A DNA stretch of 64,000 nt from an uncultured archaeon. GTDB taxonomy: Archaea; Thermoproteota; EX4484-205; JAAOZP01. Below are positions 47,432-56,909 of this stretch, in pieces (the stretch's first letter is position 1; the number at the start of each line of letters is the position of its first letter). Where the stretch lies: assembly GCA_938045545.1 (NCBI GenBank), contig CALIBN010000024.1, positions 15,119 to 79,118 on the forward strand. The letters are read 5' to 3'. The notes beneath the pieces were generated by a model that was not told the origin of the DNA, did not search any database, and saw only the letters and a program-made list of their open reading frames with translations. Both the position numbers and the translations under genes were made by a program.

Positions 47432-48805
47432 CTACTTGTAATGCCGCCGCATCTCCTCGTGATAGGGGATTGAAAGAATATCTTCTAAAAGTCCCCTAGC
47501 CTGCTCCTCGCTCCTAGTCCAAGGATCCATCTCAATTAGCTCCAGCAGCCTCTCCCTGCTTCCACTCTCGTATGCTTCAAGCTCCACCTCTACGGGCGCC
47601 ACCCTGTCTCTCAGAATGTAAGCAGTCAAGGGTTTCGGCAGCCCTCTGGCCCTGATCCCGTGAACCCCCGTCCCGCTCACTTCAGCTTTCACCTCAACCT
47701 CGAAGTCGCTGGGAACACCCGGCACAAGCCCCTCTGAATTAACAATGTTAACCTGGAACACTCTGGGAATATTGCAGGCTATGGACTCTATAATGGGTAT
47801 GATTATCTCACCCGATTTCTCGGCGGGGAAAACGCTCGTAACCTTTTTAGAAGCGTCTAAGGATACTTTTAATATTTTCTCCACGGTTTCCCTGTTGTAT
47901 GTGAAGAAGCCCTCCCACCAAGACTCGGGATCCTCCCTCCATCTTCTCTCCGTCTCCCTATCCGTATGGTACCACCATGGCCATGAGCCCCCGCCTGGAG
48001 TACAAGTGTCCCCAACCGGGAAAACTCCAAACCTCCTGTAGAGGTCGAAAGCCTTGGGGCCGAGGTCGCTGCTGAAACCTACTCTTTCCCAATGTTTCCC
48101 AGCTTCCTTGGCGATCCACTCGTCCAGCAGCGGGAGGACGTCCCTATCCTCGTAAGTAAGGCTTACCAGCCATATGAAATGGTTTACTCCGGGCGCGTCG
48201 AAACCTATACTGTTCGCATCGAGCCCAAGTAGGCCGGCAACCCGGTATACTCCGCTAAAGCCGTGGCATAGGCCAATGGTTTTAACTCTACTATGCCTCC
48301 TGCCCAGGTATGTAACTCCGGCTAGAACAGGGTTCGCCAGCTGAATATGCCAGGCTTCAGGACACTCCTCAAGAATATCCTCCATCAAGGAGTCGAAGAA
48401 CCTGAGCTGGTAGAAGTTTATCCAGAATGCTTCATCATGCATTATGTGGAGGCTTCCGCCAAACCTGTACCCCCGTCTCCGGGCTATCGACCAGCCTTCC
48501 CTAAGCCTAGCGTAACCGGCTGTGAGCACAGTGTTTACGACGAAATCGGCTTCCCTCAGGGATTCCCGCCGGTTGAGAGTCTTCTCAATCCTCAGCCTGC
48601 TTCCGGTTTCCTCAGCATACTTTCTGCAAATCGCGTACACGGCGTCAAGCCTCTCCCTGTTTACATCCATCAGGCTGACAGTGCTTCCAGACAGGCTGGG
48701 TGTTAAACACAGGTCTTTAATCAGGCTTATAGAGAAGACTGCGCTACCCGCCCCTATTAAGCTGATTTTAACGTTAACCATCTCCTGTCTCACTCTCCAA
48801 GACAT
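47432..48805 (-). CDS. glycoside hydrolase family 4 (NAD-dependent alpha-glucosidase/galactosidase)
   Basis: IGAGSAVF, ANP, GLCHG and GVNHFIW motifs. Confidence 0.92.
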   Translation of the reverse strand: MSWRVRQEMVNVKISLIGAGSAVFSISLIKDLCLTPSLSGSTVSLMDVNRERLDAVYAICRKYAEETGSRLRIEKTLNRRESLREADFVVNTVLTAGYARLREGWSIARRRGYRFGGSLHIMHDEAFWINFYQLRFFDSLMEDILEECPEAWHIQLANPVLAGVTYLGRRHSRVKTIGLCHGFSGVYRVAGLLGLDANSIGFDAPGVNHFIWLVSLTYEDRDVLPLLDEWIAKEAGKHWERVGFSSDLGPKAFDLYRRFGVFPVGDTCTPGGGSWPWWYHTDRETERRWREDPESWWEGFFTYNRETVEKILKVSLDASKKVTSVFPAEKSGEIIIPIIESIACNIPRVFQVNIVNSEGLVPGVPSDFEVEVKAEVSGTGVHGIRARGLPKPLTAYILRDRVAPVEVELEAYESGSRERLLELIEMDPWTRSEEQARGLLEDILSIPYHEEMRRHYK

Positions 48806-49212
48806 GTTACGACTAGTCTTCTACTCCTTGGCCTAACGTCGAGCTCTATGAATACCACTTGCTGCCACGTGCCGAGTCTGAGGGCACTATCCTTTATCGG
48901 AATGGTTATGCTCGGTCCAATTATAGATGCTCTCACGTGAGAATGCCCATTCCCGTCGCGCCAAGTCTTCTCATGCTCGTATTCAGCGCTCCTAGGGGCC
49001 ACTCTCTCCAGAGCATTCGGCAAATCCTTAAGCAAGCCGGGCTCATACTCTATAGTCGTCACGGCTCCCGTGGACCCTGGTATGAAAACATTAGCAATAC
49101 CGTTTTTAATACCGGTTTTAGAAACTATCTTCTCAATTTCACCCGTAATGTCCACAATGTCAAGCTCCCCGCTGGTCTTTATCCCAAGCTCCGTCTCAAC
49201 CACGATCAACAT
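48790..49212 (-). CDS. UPF0047/YjbQ family protein
   Basis: DGNGHSHVRAS and LGTWQQV motifs. Confidence 0.92.
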   Translation of the reverse strand: MLIVVETELGIKTSGELDIVDITGEIEKIVSKTGIKNGIANVFIPGSTGAVTTIEYEPGLLKDLPNALERVAPRSAEYEHEKTWRDGNGHSHVRASIIGPSITIPIKDSALRLGTWQQVVFIELDVRPRSRRLVVTCLGE

Positions 49213-49993
49213 TCACCACCGTTTAAGCGGAGAAACCAGTATTTCTTAAGCTTGTTTGGCTCAGGGCTTGAGATAAGCAAGGCTATTCCCACTATGTTCC
49301 AGTAGGGCAGCGTATCCTGTGAAAACTGTTTCCCACGGGTTCTGTGCTGATATTTGGACAAATTATCCGGTAAATATTTTTCTTTTCAAACATTTTTTAA
49401 AGGTTGAGTCTGTTCGTAGGCAGAGTTATGAAACAATCTTAATTAAAGATTTTTCTTAATTTTCTTGGAGCACCAGGGGATGGAGCCCGATCCCGATGGC
49501 CTGAAGGAAAGATTCATGGAAGGATTAGCGTTCTCTCTGCTCATAGTCCTTTTAACAAATGTTTTCTCATTCTTTTTAACGATCGGGAGCAGGGAGGACT
49601 TTGATTCTCCCCCCGCCCCTTTTCTGAAGGAAGAATCATCACCCTTAATAGGTCCAAGTGCCGGCAATGCTGGCGGTGAAAAGCCAGAATCCGGGGAAGG
49701 GCTCCTCACTCACTCTCTTTCAACAAGTCGCGAAAATTCGACGAGCCAAGAATACTCGCCGTTCGGCAGATGAACCCATATTCAAATCCAGTACAATATG
49801 TCTTATTGAAGGGATAGGCTGCGTGACTACTTGCGGCTGTAGCTAAACCCTATTCATCAAGGGCTGGAAAAACGTGGAGCAATAGGCGTAAAACCCGGCT
49901 TAACAGGCTGGAAAATGCGGATACCTCTGTTTTTAGCTATTTAAAGTATTGTAAAACAATGTTTAAACCCCTCTCCCCAGACTGGTAAGACAG

Positions 49994-51559
49994 ATGGAGG
50001 GGAGGAATAGCATAAGGATTAATTTGGCGGCAGCATTCTCACTCCTATTGGTAATAGGCTTTTTCCAGTGGAGCAGCTTAAAGGTGGAGCAGGCGTCAGG
50101 GTGGAATAGCACAGTAGTATACCTAGACTGGAACGCTAGGCTCATGATTACTCTGGTCGCTGAAGACGGGAGGCCTTTGGAGAAAGCGTGGGTGTACGTT
50201 GTCGACGCTTACACCGGGGAGAACGTTACCGCGGCGATGACAGATGACTACGGGCATGCTGGGACACTCGTCGTGGGAGCGGGCAACGCTGCTGAACACT
50301 TGAAGATCGAGCCCGGCGACAGGGTTGACATAGGTTTCAACCTTCTCAGAGGATGGTACTGGGTCGACGAGCACAAGAGGCTTACAGGTGAGCCGGTAAA
50401 CCCCGATTGGGACCCTGTTTCAAACAATGTTCCCCCGCAGCCCGTTGGAGGCGAGTATATTCAACACGTATCTTTCAACGGCAGGTCGGGATGGGCAAGG
50501 TTCTACGGGAAATACTACGTCGTAGTTTACTATAAGCCCGCTGGTTGCAGCAGTGTCCTTGGTCCAGTTTCCTCGGTAGTGGTGTTCGACAGCTACACTG
50601 CCGAAGCCCAGCACCAGTACATATACCTGGGCATACATCCCGAGTCTTACGCCGCTACCTCTGAATACGGTGTCTCGCAGGCTAAAATATTCAGGGCTAA
50701 CGTTGGCGACATGGTTATGTCTTTCAACGATGCTAATGGTAGGCCGTTGAAAAATGTTCGCGTCGTGCTTGAGGAATGGGGTTTAAGCGGTTTTACGGAC
50801 GAGTCTGGAACCCTGCTTTTCGAGAGGATGCCAAGGATAAGCTACCGGCTTACTGCTGAATGGGTGAGCAGGTATGGCAGCAAGGCTGTCGTGAAGACAA
50901 CTGTAACGGAAGACACCTTGATAGTAATGCCCATCTACGACATTGTTTTAAGACTACTGTCTCCGAGGGGCAGGCCCTTGACTACTGCCGATGTTTACCT
51001 TGAAGAAGTATACTTGGGTAAGGCTGATGCTAATGGTGAAGTCCTGGCGACACAGGTTCCGTCTGGGAACTACACGGTGTCGGCTAAATGGTTTAACTCA
51101 AGCCTCGTGTTTCGGAAAATAGGGGTTGCGACAGGCGGTGAAATAACCTTGACGCCTTCAAACGTGCACAGTCTAACCGTAATGGTGAGGGGTGCTCAGG
51201 GACAGGCTTTGGAGGGCGCTGGCGTCGTGATTATGAAGAATGGTTTTGAGCTTGCCAGGGTTCTCACGGATAAGGGTGGCAACGCTGAGGTTGAGCTGCC
51301 TGATGGAGAGTACACCGTAAAGGTTTCATACGGTCAATTCCAAGGGGAAGAACAGGTTTCGCTCACTCGCGACAGCTTCGCCAGGTTCCAGCTAGACGTG
51401 TTCGTAGAGCTCCTAGGGGTTGGAATGACTCTTTCCCAAACCATTCTCCTGATACTAGCCTTTATGATACTGGTCATCGCTATAGCGATAATACTGCACG
51501 AGTACCATGTTTACAGGAGGAAGAGGCTTCCGCAGTTATTTGTCAAGGCTCCAAAGTAA
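49994..51559 (+). CDS. surface protein with carboxypeptidase-regulatory-like repeats and C-terminal TM
   Basis: Repeated GRPL..A.V...TD..G modules; signal peptide. Confidence 0.8.
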   Translation: MEGRNSIRINLAAAFSLLLVIGFFQWSSLKVEQASGWNSTVVYLDWNARLMITLVAEDGRPLEKAWVYVVDAYTGENVTAAMTDDYGHAGTLVVGAGNAAEHLKIEPGDRVDIGFNLLRGWYWVDEHKRLTGEPVNPDWDPVSNNVPPQPVGGEYIQHVSFNGRSGWARFYGKYYVVVYYKPAGCSSVLGPVSSVVVFDSYTAEAQHQYIYLGIHPESYAATSEYGVSQAKIFRANVGDMVMSFNDANGRPLKNVRVVLEEWGLSGFTDESGTLLFERMPRISYRLTAEWVSRYGSKAVVKTTVTEDTLIVMPIYDIVLRLLSPRGRPLTTADVYLEEVYLGKADANGEVLATQVPSGNYTVSAKWFNSSLVFRKIGVATGGEITLTPSNVHSLTVMVRGAQGQALEGAGVVIMKNGFELARVLTDKGGNAEVELPDGEYTVKVSYGQFQGEEQVSLTRDSFARFQLDVFVELLGVGMTLSQTILLILAFMILVIAIAIILHEYHVYRRKRLPQLFVKAPK

Positions 51560-52173
51560 ATGCCTGAAATCTTTTTTATGCATGTTCAAAGTTTTCTTAC
51601 ACGAGTGGAAAAATTTGAGCTCTAAAATGTTTGCCTCTTCTTATGCTACTTAAAAGGAGACATTAATGGGTGTTGCTGTTCTCATCCTCGGCAGCAGCGC
51701 TATCGCCTCTCCCAACCCGAGCTCCTGTAGCTTCAGCCTCTGCTCCTAGCTTAGGTGTATCGTATCAGCAATCTTTTCAACCTCGCTCTCAATACTGTTA
51801 AGGGCCTCTGGTATATTGGCCAAACCGATTCCCCGAACTTCCTCATCTCCTTAAGCATCTTCTCAACTATGGTCTCCTGCCCTTCGAATTTGGCTGGGAC
51901 GATGTTGGGCCTTCTCGCAGACTATGACGTGCGGCAAACCTCCGTCAGGCTTCCTCCTCCTATAATCGTAAACCCGCTTAAGCATCATCCACGTAAATAT
52001 GTTTGCATCCTTATCAGTATCCATGTAAGTCAAAAAATTACCATGTCTGAGAGGAGCCTCTCCATCATGCCCTCCTGCTCGCCGACAGTATCGAATACCT
52101 TTTCGATGCTTCCTCGGGTTAACTTGCTCAGCCTTCCTACCAGTGAGCACACCTTTCCACATATAAAGGCGAC

Positions 52174-52217
52174 CGTGCGCCACCCGTATTCCGTCCGCGT
52201 GCCATCTGAGCGCCATC
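52174..52217 (-). repeat. 4 x 11-bp repeat array (third copy)
   Basis: Minus strand GATGGCGCTCA GATGGCACGCG GACGGAATACG GGTGGCGCACG. Confidence 0.75.
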
Positions 52218-52254
52218 GGAATGTCTATATACCGTCCATCTGTTTAAGATAATT

Positions 52255-52404
52255 GGGAGCTGCGGAGGAGCGTGAAACAAGGAGTTTTCGAAGAGGCATC
52301 CTGGTCCGTTTTGTAGTGGCTAAAGCCCGCCTTTAATTGGGCATAGGCCACGCGTGTTTTCGCTAAAACACTAGCGTTAGCTAGGACTATCGCTCCAAGC
52401 TCCC
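52255..52404 (+). ncRNA. second copy of the structured tnpB leader RNA
   Basis: Homologous to 6436-6584 with compensatory substitutions. Confidence 0.6.
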
Positions 52405-52688
52405 GGGAGGTGGTATAGAATGTCTTCTCTGGAATCAGAGAATAGAAGAATAGAGGTAACTATATTATAGTAGAAAAACGATGAAGATCCTGGGGCTGAG
52501 CGAGAAGGAGGGAAAGGCATGAGTACGAGAATTTCCAGCGATACTTGCAGGGCGACGAACCGGGAACTCCTCACTAGGAGATGTCAAAGGAGGAAAATTA
52601 ACGAATTATTGAGAAGCTAATTCTGAAATAATCGTGTTGAAAAGCCGGACTAAAGCTTTTTATATTAACTGTAATGCCTATATTGGCT

Positions 52689-52941
52689 ATGAGTACTATA
52701 TCTGTGACTGAAGATGTGGAAAAAGGCTCTGCTAAAAATAGCTTCCGAACTCCAGTTGAAATGGGGGAGAAGAGTGGATTTGAACGAAGCCATAAGGTAT
52801 TTAATTGCTAGAGGAGTTAAACGACCAGACTTATTGGAACGGGCTTGTCAACCGATTCCAGGTTTTGAGGAAGCCTATAAGGAGTTAAAGGGGGAAAGGG
52901 CGAAAGATGAGGAAAGGGCTTGCGGGAAGTTTAGCCTTTGA
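52689..52941 (+). pseudogene. VapB-like antitoxin, frameshifted
   Basis: MSTISVTEDV continues as KKALLKIASELQLKWGRRVDLNEAI only after a one-base shift near 52718. Confidence 0.65.
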
Positions 52942-53339
52942 CGCGAGCGTACTTCTAGAGCTTTTATACTCCACCCCCACACGGTTCAAAATTGAAGGAG
53001 GCTATTAAAAGCGAAACGGTTTATGGAAACATATCTGAACTATGTGTCGCAGAAGTAGGATATGTCCTTTGTAGGAAGCTAGGCGGTGGGGAAGCCAGAG
53101 TCAGGATCAAAAACCTACTGGACTCAGGCTATTTTTTCGTACACGATGATTCCGAGCTTATCGAGCATGCTGCAGAATACAAGTGTAAAAGAAGACTTTC
53201 CTTGGCTGATTGCTTTACCTTGGCTCTAGCTAAGAAAATAGATGCGCCCGCCCTCTTCGCTAGGAGGGAGGCCGAATTAATCAAAGAAATTTCAAGCGAG
53301 CCTTTTGATGTAGAAATCCTGTTCTTGGAGGACTTTTAG
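52907..53339 (+). pseudogene. PIN-domain (VapC-like) toxin, frameshifted
   Basis: AFDASVLLE from ATG 52907 is out of frame (shift near 52974-52983) with ...AEVGY...LSLADCF. Confidence 0.75.
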
Positions 53340-53866
53340 CGGGAATCTTGCCTACCTGTTCAAACCTTATCGTTCACTAGGGTGCATTATAGAGTGATGA
53401 GCCGCCGGAGAAGAAAAAGCGATATGAATTTCATATGAGGGATGCTGGCAATCATTCTAATGTTTCTCGTTATTGCCATCCGTCTTCTCACTACCCGTGT
53501 TATTAAGCGGATAGTGGGAGCGCTGCTATGTTTCTTGGGTTTGAAATAATTGAAAAAATGGACATAAGAGAAGGGGATAAGCTCATAGTCGAGGTTACTG
53601 AAAATTCTCCCGGTGCCAGGTTCTGCTCTGAATGCGGTTCAAAGCTTTAAACCGTAGTGTCTTTTCAAAAAGTTACTTACAATATGTTTTTCCGAAAGCT
53701 TTTTCACATTAGGGATATTGTTAATGTCGTTTTTAAACCATCTTGTCGGAAAACGCCTGTATGAAAAATCATGTCGAGAATTGTAATTTAGAAATGTCGA
53801 GCATAGTAAAAAAATACGTTTAGCGAAAAGTATATATTTGGAGCATTCACAAGTTAAGAATGAAAA

Positions 53867-54490
53867 ATGGACCCGTTGGACAAGCTGGATTTAGAGATAC
53901 TCCGCATACTGTGCAGCAACCCTAAGCAGAGCTATCGTGACATCGCTAAGCGTCTCGAAGTGTCAGACCGAACGATCGCCCGCAGGATAAACAGGATGGA
54001 GAACGATGGCGTAATACTGGGCTACCAGCCTGTTTTAAGCGACTACGCTAGGAGCCTCCTGTTCAGCTCGAACGAGACTGTTGAGTTCAAGTTTTCACCC
54101 ATGGAGTGGAGCGAGTTTGAAAAGTCCTTCAAAACAATGTATTACAGCGCCTCAGACGTCATATTATTCTACGCTGGGAAGGGGGTTGGAAAAGCATTGA
54201 TGGAGGAGATCAAGGAGATGACTGGCGGCAAAACTTCTGTTGAAGACTTTTTAACAAACCTTTCAAAAATATGTGTTCTAAGAGGGTGGGGCGGCGTTCT
54301 CTTTGAAAGAGTGGGAAACGGGGCGATAAAGGCTACTTTAAACAACCTCAGGATAAACCGTTTCATGTTCAGAGGCGTTCTGACACAGCTGCTCGAAACC
54401 CTGACGGGGGGAAGCGTAGAAATATCATCCTTAACCGAGGACAGCAGCGTCATACTGATGAAGTTCTCGGAAATACTTTCGGAGGTTTGA
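53867..54490 (+). CDS. AsnC-type HTH fused to a V4R-like ligand-binding domain
   Basis: LDKLDLEIL...SYRDIAKRL; C-terminal FYAGKGVG, RGWG and FRGVL motifs. Confidence 0.75.
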   Translation: MDPLDKLDLEILRILCSNPKQSYRDIAKRLEVSDRTIARRINRMENDGVILGYQPVLSDYARSLLFSSNETVEFKFSPMEWSEFEKSFKTMYYSASDVILFYAGKGVGKALMEEIKEMTGGKTSVEDFLTNLSKICVLRGWGGVLFERVGNGAIKATLNNLRINRFMFRGVLTQLLETLTGGSVEISSLTEDSSVILMKFSEILSEV

Positions 54491-55185
54491 GAAACATGGA
54501 GAGAGTACCCTTCGGCATAGGCGAGCTCGACGGCCTCATAGAGGGGGGAGTGCCTAGGGGCGGGCTGATCATCGTCGCCGGGAACGCTGGAGTAGGCAAA
54601 ACCATTCTCTCAGCCCAGTTCATATACAACGGGGCGTCGCGATACGGTGAGAAGGGCATCTACATCTGCATGAGCGAGACAGGGGAGCATTTTAAAGCCG
54701 ACATGGCCAGCCTAGGGTGGGACTTTGCAAAACTTGAGGAGAAAAGCATGGTTAAGATAGTTGAGTTCCCAACGATGGCTAAGATTGGCGTTGAAGACGT
54801 TGTAAGCCTAATAGTGGACGAGGCGAGGAAGTTTAAGGCCGAGAGGGTTGTCGTAGACTCTGTTTCAGCCCTAAACATGGCTTTAAGCAGGAAATCCGAG
54901 GTTAGAGCGGTCGTAAACCTTCTAGCCAGAATGCTGAAAAACCTCGGCTGCACAACGATAATGGTCACCGAAAACCCATGGGGGAGCAAGGGAATAGGCC
55001 TTGGCGTTGAGGAATTCGTATCCGACGGAATCATAATAATGGAGTCAGTCGTGGTTGGAAACAGGCTTGACAAGAGGCTCATGATACTCAAGATGAGGGG
55101 TACAAACCATGACACCAGGTATTACCGGCTCCACGTCGACAAGGGCTCAGGAATAGTGCTAGACCTATACCCTGAAATACGATGA
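54487..55185 (+). CDS. single-domain KaiC/RAD55-like ATPase
   Basis: GNAGVGKT, RVVVDS, DGII and KMRGT motifs. Confidence 0.92.
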   Translation: MRNMERVPFGIGELDGLIEGGVPRGGLIIVAGNAGVGKTILSAQFIYNGASRYGEKGIYICMSETGEHFKADMASLGWDFAKLEEKSMVKIVEFPTMAKIGVEDVVSLIVDEARKFKAERVVVDSVSALNMALSRKSEVRAVVNLLARMLKNLGCTTIMVTENPWGSKGIGLGVEEFVSDGIIIMESVVVGNRLDKRLMILKMRGTNHDTRYYRLHVDKGSGIVLDLYPEIR

Positions 55186-55192
55186 TTCAAGC

Positions 55193-56905
55193 GTGCAGTC
55201 ATTGCTGCGCCTCGACTACGAGCAGGTTAATTATCCGGCTGGGGAGGCAGGAGAAAAAGCTTTAAGAGAACCCGGTGAAGATGGAAACTGGACTTTGGCT
55301 AGCAGTGCTGACCTATGGAGGGAGTACTGTAGTTTCTACGAGAAGCCTTTCGAGCAGCAGCTGGAGATCAACGAGGCCCTGCTGAAGGAGCACTTAGCCA
55401 GATGGGGGAGGACTGCACAGGCTAAAACCCTCTGCCCAAACGGTTTTCAGACGATTAACGACATCCCGGTGACGAGCTACAGCGACTACCCCGTGCTGCT
55501 CGAATTCAAGAAGAGGATAGAGAGCTTGGAGAAAACCTCGCCCCGGATGCCTGGAGAGCTGTACTGGGACTATTATGAGAGAATCGGAAGAACCGCTGCG
55601 AAGCCTTTTTCAGAATACATTATTGGCGATTTTTCTTTTGCAGTTAAAAGTACGGGAACCGTGGGTGAGCCTAAATGGGTGATTCACGGCCACCTTCTCT
55701 GGGAGAACTATAGGAAGGACGTTATAGCCACAATTTTGTTAGCATGCAGCGATGACTGGGGTAGCACAAGATTCCAGCCTGGAGATAAAGGACTAAATTT
55801 CACTCCATCAGCCCCCTATCTTTCAGGCTGGGGTAGAAAAGCGTCTCAAGGCATAGTTGTGGATGTGCCGCCGGTGGAGATGATGGACGAGATCCCTGAT
55901 GCTAGGAGGCGCTTCTTCGTTGCCTTGGAGTATCTTGAGAAAGGCCATAAGGTAAACCTAGCTGGCGGTATTGCGCCTAGCGTCTACCTTATGTGCGAAT
56001 ATTTTTCAAACCCGGAGGATTTATTCAGGGAGTATTATAATTCTGTGGATTCTGCTTCTGCTAAGCTTTACCTCCTGCAGAGGATGGCTCGTGCCAAACT
56101 CTCCCAGCGATCCAGAAGCATAAGAGACTACTTGGATCTCAAGGGGCTTATGATTGGCGGTGTAGATACTGCTCTTTATGTTGATTACTTCAGGTCAAAG
56201 CTGGGGGTTGAGCCCTTTTGCATCTACGGTGTTACAGAGTTTGGGATTCCTATGTTCGGCTCGCCGGATCGTAAAAACCAGCTTCTACCGAACTTGAGGA
56301 GTTGCTACTTTGAGTTTTTAAACAGTAAAAGGGAGCTTATAGGGCTGAAGGATGTAAAACTAGATGAAGCATATGAGGTTGTAATAACGGCTTTCAACGG
56401 GCTCTTCGTAAGATATACACCTGGCGACATGGTTCGCGTTGTAGATTTTAGGGATGACGGGATGCCAATCTTCCATTTCTGGGGGCGTAATAACGCAACT
56501 ATTATGATTGGGGGGTACCATTTGGTTACCGAAGCTGCGGCAGCGCGGGTCATGGCGAGAGCAGGCTTAAGCCTATCAGATAAATGGGCCTTCACAAAGA
56601 GCTTTGATGGGCAAGAGAAGCTTTTAGTATTGATGGAAAATACATGGGATCTGCATGCAGATGAGGCAGCTAGGAGAATATTTGGGGCATTATGTTCTGT
56701 TTTCCCTGAATTCAAGGATTACGTTGAACAGTGCCGGATCAAAGATCCATCGGAACTCGTTAAAGTAGAATACCTTAAGAAGGGTGCTTTTATAAGGTAT
56801 TCTCTGAAAAGAGCTGGCCAAGGCTTTCCAATGGGACAGATTAAGCCTCCGAAAATAATTTCTCCAGAAAGACAAGATATCGCTGATCTATTGCGGGTGA
56901 TTTAA
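55193..56905 (+). CDS. GH3-family (acyl-adenylate/amido synthetase-like) protein
   Basis: PVTSYSDY, STGTVGEPK, YGVTEFG, YFEF, VITAFNGLFVRYTPGD and GQIKPP motifs. Confidence 0.8.
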   Translation: MQSLLRLDYEQVNYPAGEAGEKALREPGEDGNWTLASSADLWREYCSFYEKPFEQQLEINEALLKEHLARWGRTAQAKTLCPNGFQTINDIPVTSYSDYPVLLEFKKRIESLEKTSPRMPGELYWDYYERIGRTAAKPFSEYIIGDFSFAVKSTGTVGEPKWVIHGHLLWENYRKDVIATILLACSDDWGSTRFQPGDKGLNFTPSAPYLSGWGRKASQGIVVDVPPVEMMDEIPDARRRFFVALEYLEKGHKVNLAGGIAPSVYLMCEYFSNPEDLFREYYNSVDSASAKLYLLQRMARAKLSQRSRSIRDYLDLKGLMIGGVDTALYVDYFRSKLGVEPFCIYGVTEFGIPMFGSPDRKNQLLPNLRSCYFEFLNSKRELIGLKDVKLDEAYEVVITAFNGLFVRYTPGDMVRVVDFRDDGMPIFHFWGRNNATIMIGGYHLVTEAAAARVMARAGLSLSDKWAFTKSFDGQEKLLVLMENTWDLHADEAARRIFGALCSVFPEFKDYVEQCRIKDPSELVKVEYLKKGAFIRYSLKRAGQGFPMGQIKPPKIISPERQDIADLLRVI

Positions 56906-56909
56906 GATA

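Larger units (their letters stand above)
51650..52587 (+). mobile_element. doubly deleted, inverted copy of the composite element
   Basis: 51650-52149 (minus) is a decayed ATPase C-terminus (DANIFTWMMLKRVYDY...ALLPRM). 52174-52217 is the repeat array, 52255-52404 the structured RNA, and 52420-52547 the tnpB 5' end, joined at CAGGGCGA to a right end finishing ATGTCAA. Confidence 0.88.

Noticed and set aside
49213-49990. Long intergenic region and ORFs 49465..49773 / 49443..49709
   Set aside because: No recognisable motif, RNA gene or convincing repeat; possibly decayed coding sequence.
51755-52574. ORFs 51755..52252, 51863..52216 and 52377..52574
   Set aside because: Spurious frames over the decayed element copy.
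53400-53650. Short AbrB-like and zinc-ribbon-like fragments
   Set aside because: Too short and without clear starts to support a call.
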